Shown here: piece by piece, positions 62,161-64,000 of the stretch | How positions within the stretch are numbered: position 1 is the stretch's first letter | Layout of the letters: each line of letters starts with the position of its first letter | Position numbers and translations under genes: made by a program | The notes under the pieces: generated by a model | The model's input: only the letters and a program-made list of their open reading frames with translations | Told to the model about the DNA's origin: nothing | Database searches by the model: none | Origin: Antedon mediterranea | Lineage: Eukaryota; Animalia; Echinodermata | DNA length: 64,000 nt | NCBI RefSeq assembly: GCF_964355755.1 | Contig: NC_092674.1 | Location: 18,352,001 to 18,416,000 of the forward strand | Direction: 5' to 3'

Positions 62161-64000
62161 ACCAGTGGTCCCACTCTAAACTATATTTTAAAAATCGTAA
62201 ATGAGTTACACTCAAATTTTAAAGATGAGGGCTGAGTAAACGGGACCAGTGGTCCGACTCTAATTTATACTGGACGACTAAGGGGGTACCCTAGTATAAT
62301 CCCACCAAGTGACTTTCAGGAACAATCCGCCGTTTTCTCACAAATACAGTATCAAATTTCACTATATTTTAAAAATCGTAAATGAGTTACACTCAAATTT
62401 TAAAGATGAGGGCTGAGTAAACGGGACCAGTGGTCCCACTCTAACTTATACTGGACAACTAAGGAGGTACCCTACTATAATCCCACCAAGTGACTCTCAG
62501 GAACAATCCGCCGTTTTCTCACAAATACAGTTTCAAATTTTACTATATTGTAAAAATCGTAAATGAGTTACACTCAAATTTTAAAGATGAGGGCTGAGTA
62601 AACGGGACCAGTGGTCCCACTCTAACTTCTACTGGACAACTAAGGAGGTACCCTAGTATAATTCCACCAAGTGACTCCAAGGAACAATCCGCCATTTTCT
62701 CACAAATACAGTATCAATTTTCACTATATTTTAAATTTTTTTACCGTAATTGAGTTACACTCAAATTTAAAAGATGAGGGCTGAGTAAACGGAACCAGTG
62801 GTCGCACTCTAACTTATACTGGACGACTAAGGACGTACCTTAGTATAATGCCACCATTTGACTCCCAGGAACAATCCGCCGTTTTCTCACAAATACAGTA
62901 TCAAATTTCACTATATTTTTAAAATCGTAAATGAGTTACACTCAAATTTTAAAGATGAGGGCTGAGTAAACGGGACCAGTGGTCCCACTCTAACTTATAC
63001 TGGACGACTAAGGGGGTACCCTAGTATAATCCCACCAAGTGACTTTCAGGAACAATCCGCCGTTTTCTCACAAATACAGTATCAAATTTCACTATATTTT
63101 AAAAATCGTAAATGAGTTACACTCAAATTTTAAAGATGAGGGCTGAGTAAACGGGACCAGTGGTCCCACTCTAACTTATACTGGACAACTAAGGAGGTAC
63201 CCTACTATAATCCCACCATTTGACTCCCAGGAACAATCCGCCGTTTTCTCACAAATACAGTATCAAATTTCACTATATTTTTAAAATCGTAAATGAGTTA
63301 CACTCAAATTTTAAAGATGAGGGCTGAGTAAACGGGACCAGTGGTCCCACTCTAACTTAAACTGGACCACTAAGGAGGTACCCTAGTATAATCCCACCAA
63401 GTGACTCTCGGGAACAATCCGCCATTTTCTCACCAATACAGTATCAAATTTCACTATATTTTACAATATTAATCGTAATTGAGTTACACTCAAACGTTAA
63501 AGATGAGGGCTGAATAAACGGGACCAGTGGTCCCACTCTAACTTCTACTGGACAACTAAGGAGGTACCCTAGTATAATCCCACTAAGTGACTCCAAGGAA
63601 CAATCCGCCATTTTCTCACAAATACAGTATCAATTTTCACTATATTTTAAAATGTTTTACCGTAATTGAGTTACACTCAAATTTTAAAGATAAGGGCTGA
63701 GTAAACGGGACCAGTGGTCCCACTCTAACTTAAACTGGACAACTAAGGAGGTACCCTAGTATAATCCTACCAAGTGACTCTCGGGAACAATCCGCCATTT
63801 TCTCACAAATACAGTATCAAATTTCACTATATTTTAAAATATTATTCGTAATTGAGTTACACTCAAACGTTAAAGATGATGGCTGAGTAAACGGGACCAG
63901 TGGTCCCACTCTAACTTCTACTGGACGACTAAGGACGTACCTTAGTATAATGCCACCATGTGACTCCCAGGAACAATCCGCCGTTTTCTCACAAATACAG
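62161..64000 (-). repeat. ~181-bp satellite array, inverted block (~10 monomers, runs off the window)
   Basis: Reverse complement of the same monomer (e.g. caggaacaatccgccgttttctcacaaatacag). Confidence 0.98.

Noticed and set aside
53978-64000. CRISPR array
   Set aside because: The whole 181-bp unit repeats with no unique spacers; eukaryotic context; no cas genes
53978-64000. Hammerhead ribozyme / retrozyme-type satellite
   Set aside because: I could not find a CUGANGA...GAAA core with flanking stems on either strand; a covariance-model search would be needed to exclude other ribozymes

Overview
AT-rich eukaryotic (invertebrate metazoan) DNA, not prokaryotic. Spliceosomal GT-AG introns, a Deu/Nin-like tRNA SINE and frequent TAGGCCTA runs hint at a deuterostome such as an echinoderm (inference). 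I reconstructed two convergent spliced genes by hand. On the + strand is a gene of at least 16 exons (1727..~19137, ~850 aa) encoding a long Ser/Thr-rich low-complexity protein with one C-terminal bromodomain. On the - strand is a clear TMEM164 orthologue (5 coding exons, 29463..43876). The rest is dense in transposons: several LINE fragments (RTE-, Rex/Babar-, CR1/L2-like), Helitron-like 3' ends, and TIR elements with readable TSDs of 2, 4, 6, 7 and 9 bp plus TA. The last TMEM164 intron holds a nested stack: a Sola2-like transposon containing a CCC-ended EnSpm/CACTA-like element, which itself contains ~620-bp inverted arms. That intron also holds a decayed copy of the gene's own last exon. 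From ~53978 to the window end is a ~181-bp satellite with internal dyads, a YY1-like motif, nascent 6-8-mer higher-order repeats, a P-like insertion and an orientation switch at ~62160. I found no CRISPR array, rRNA or true tRNA gene, and no demonstrably novel enzymatic system. The best candidates for something new are the satellite/foldback architecture, the nested element and the unassigned bromodomain protein. TE family names come from motif recognition only; no searches were run.
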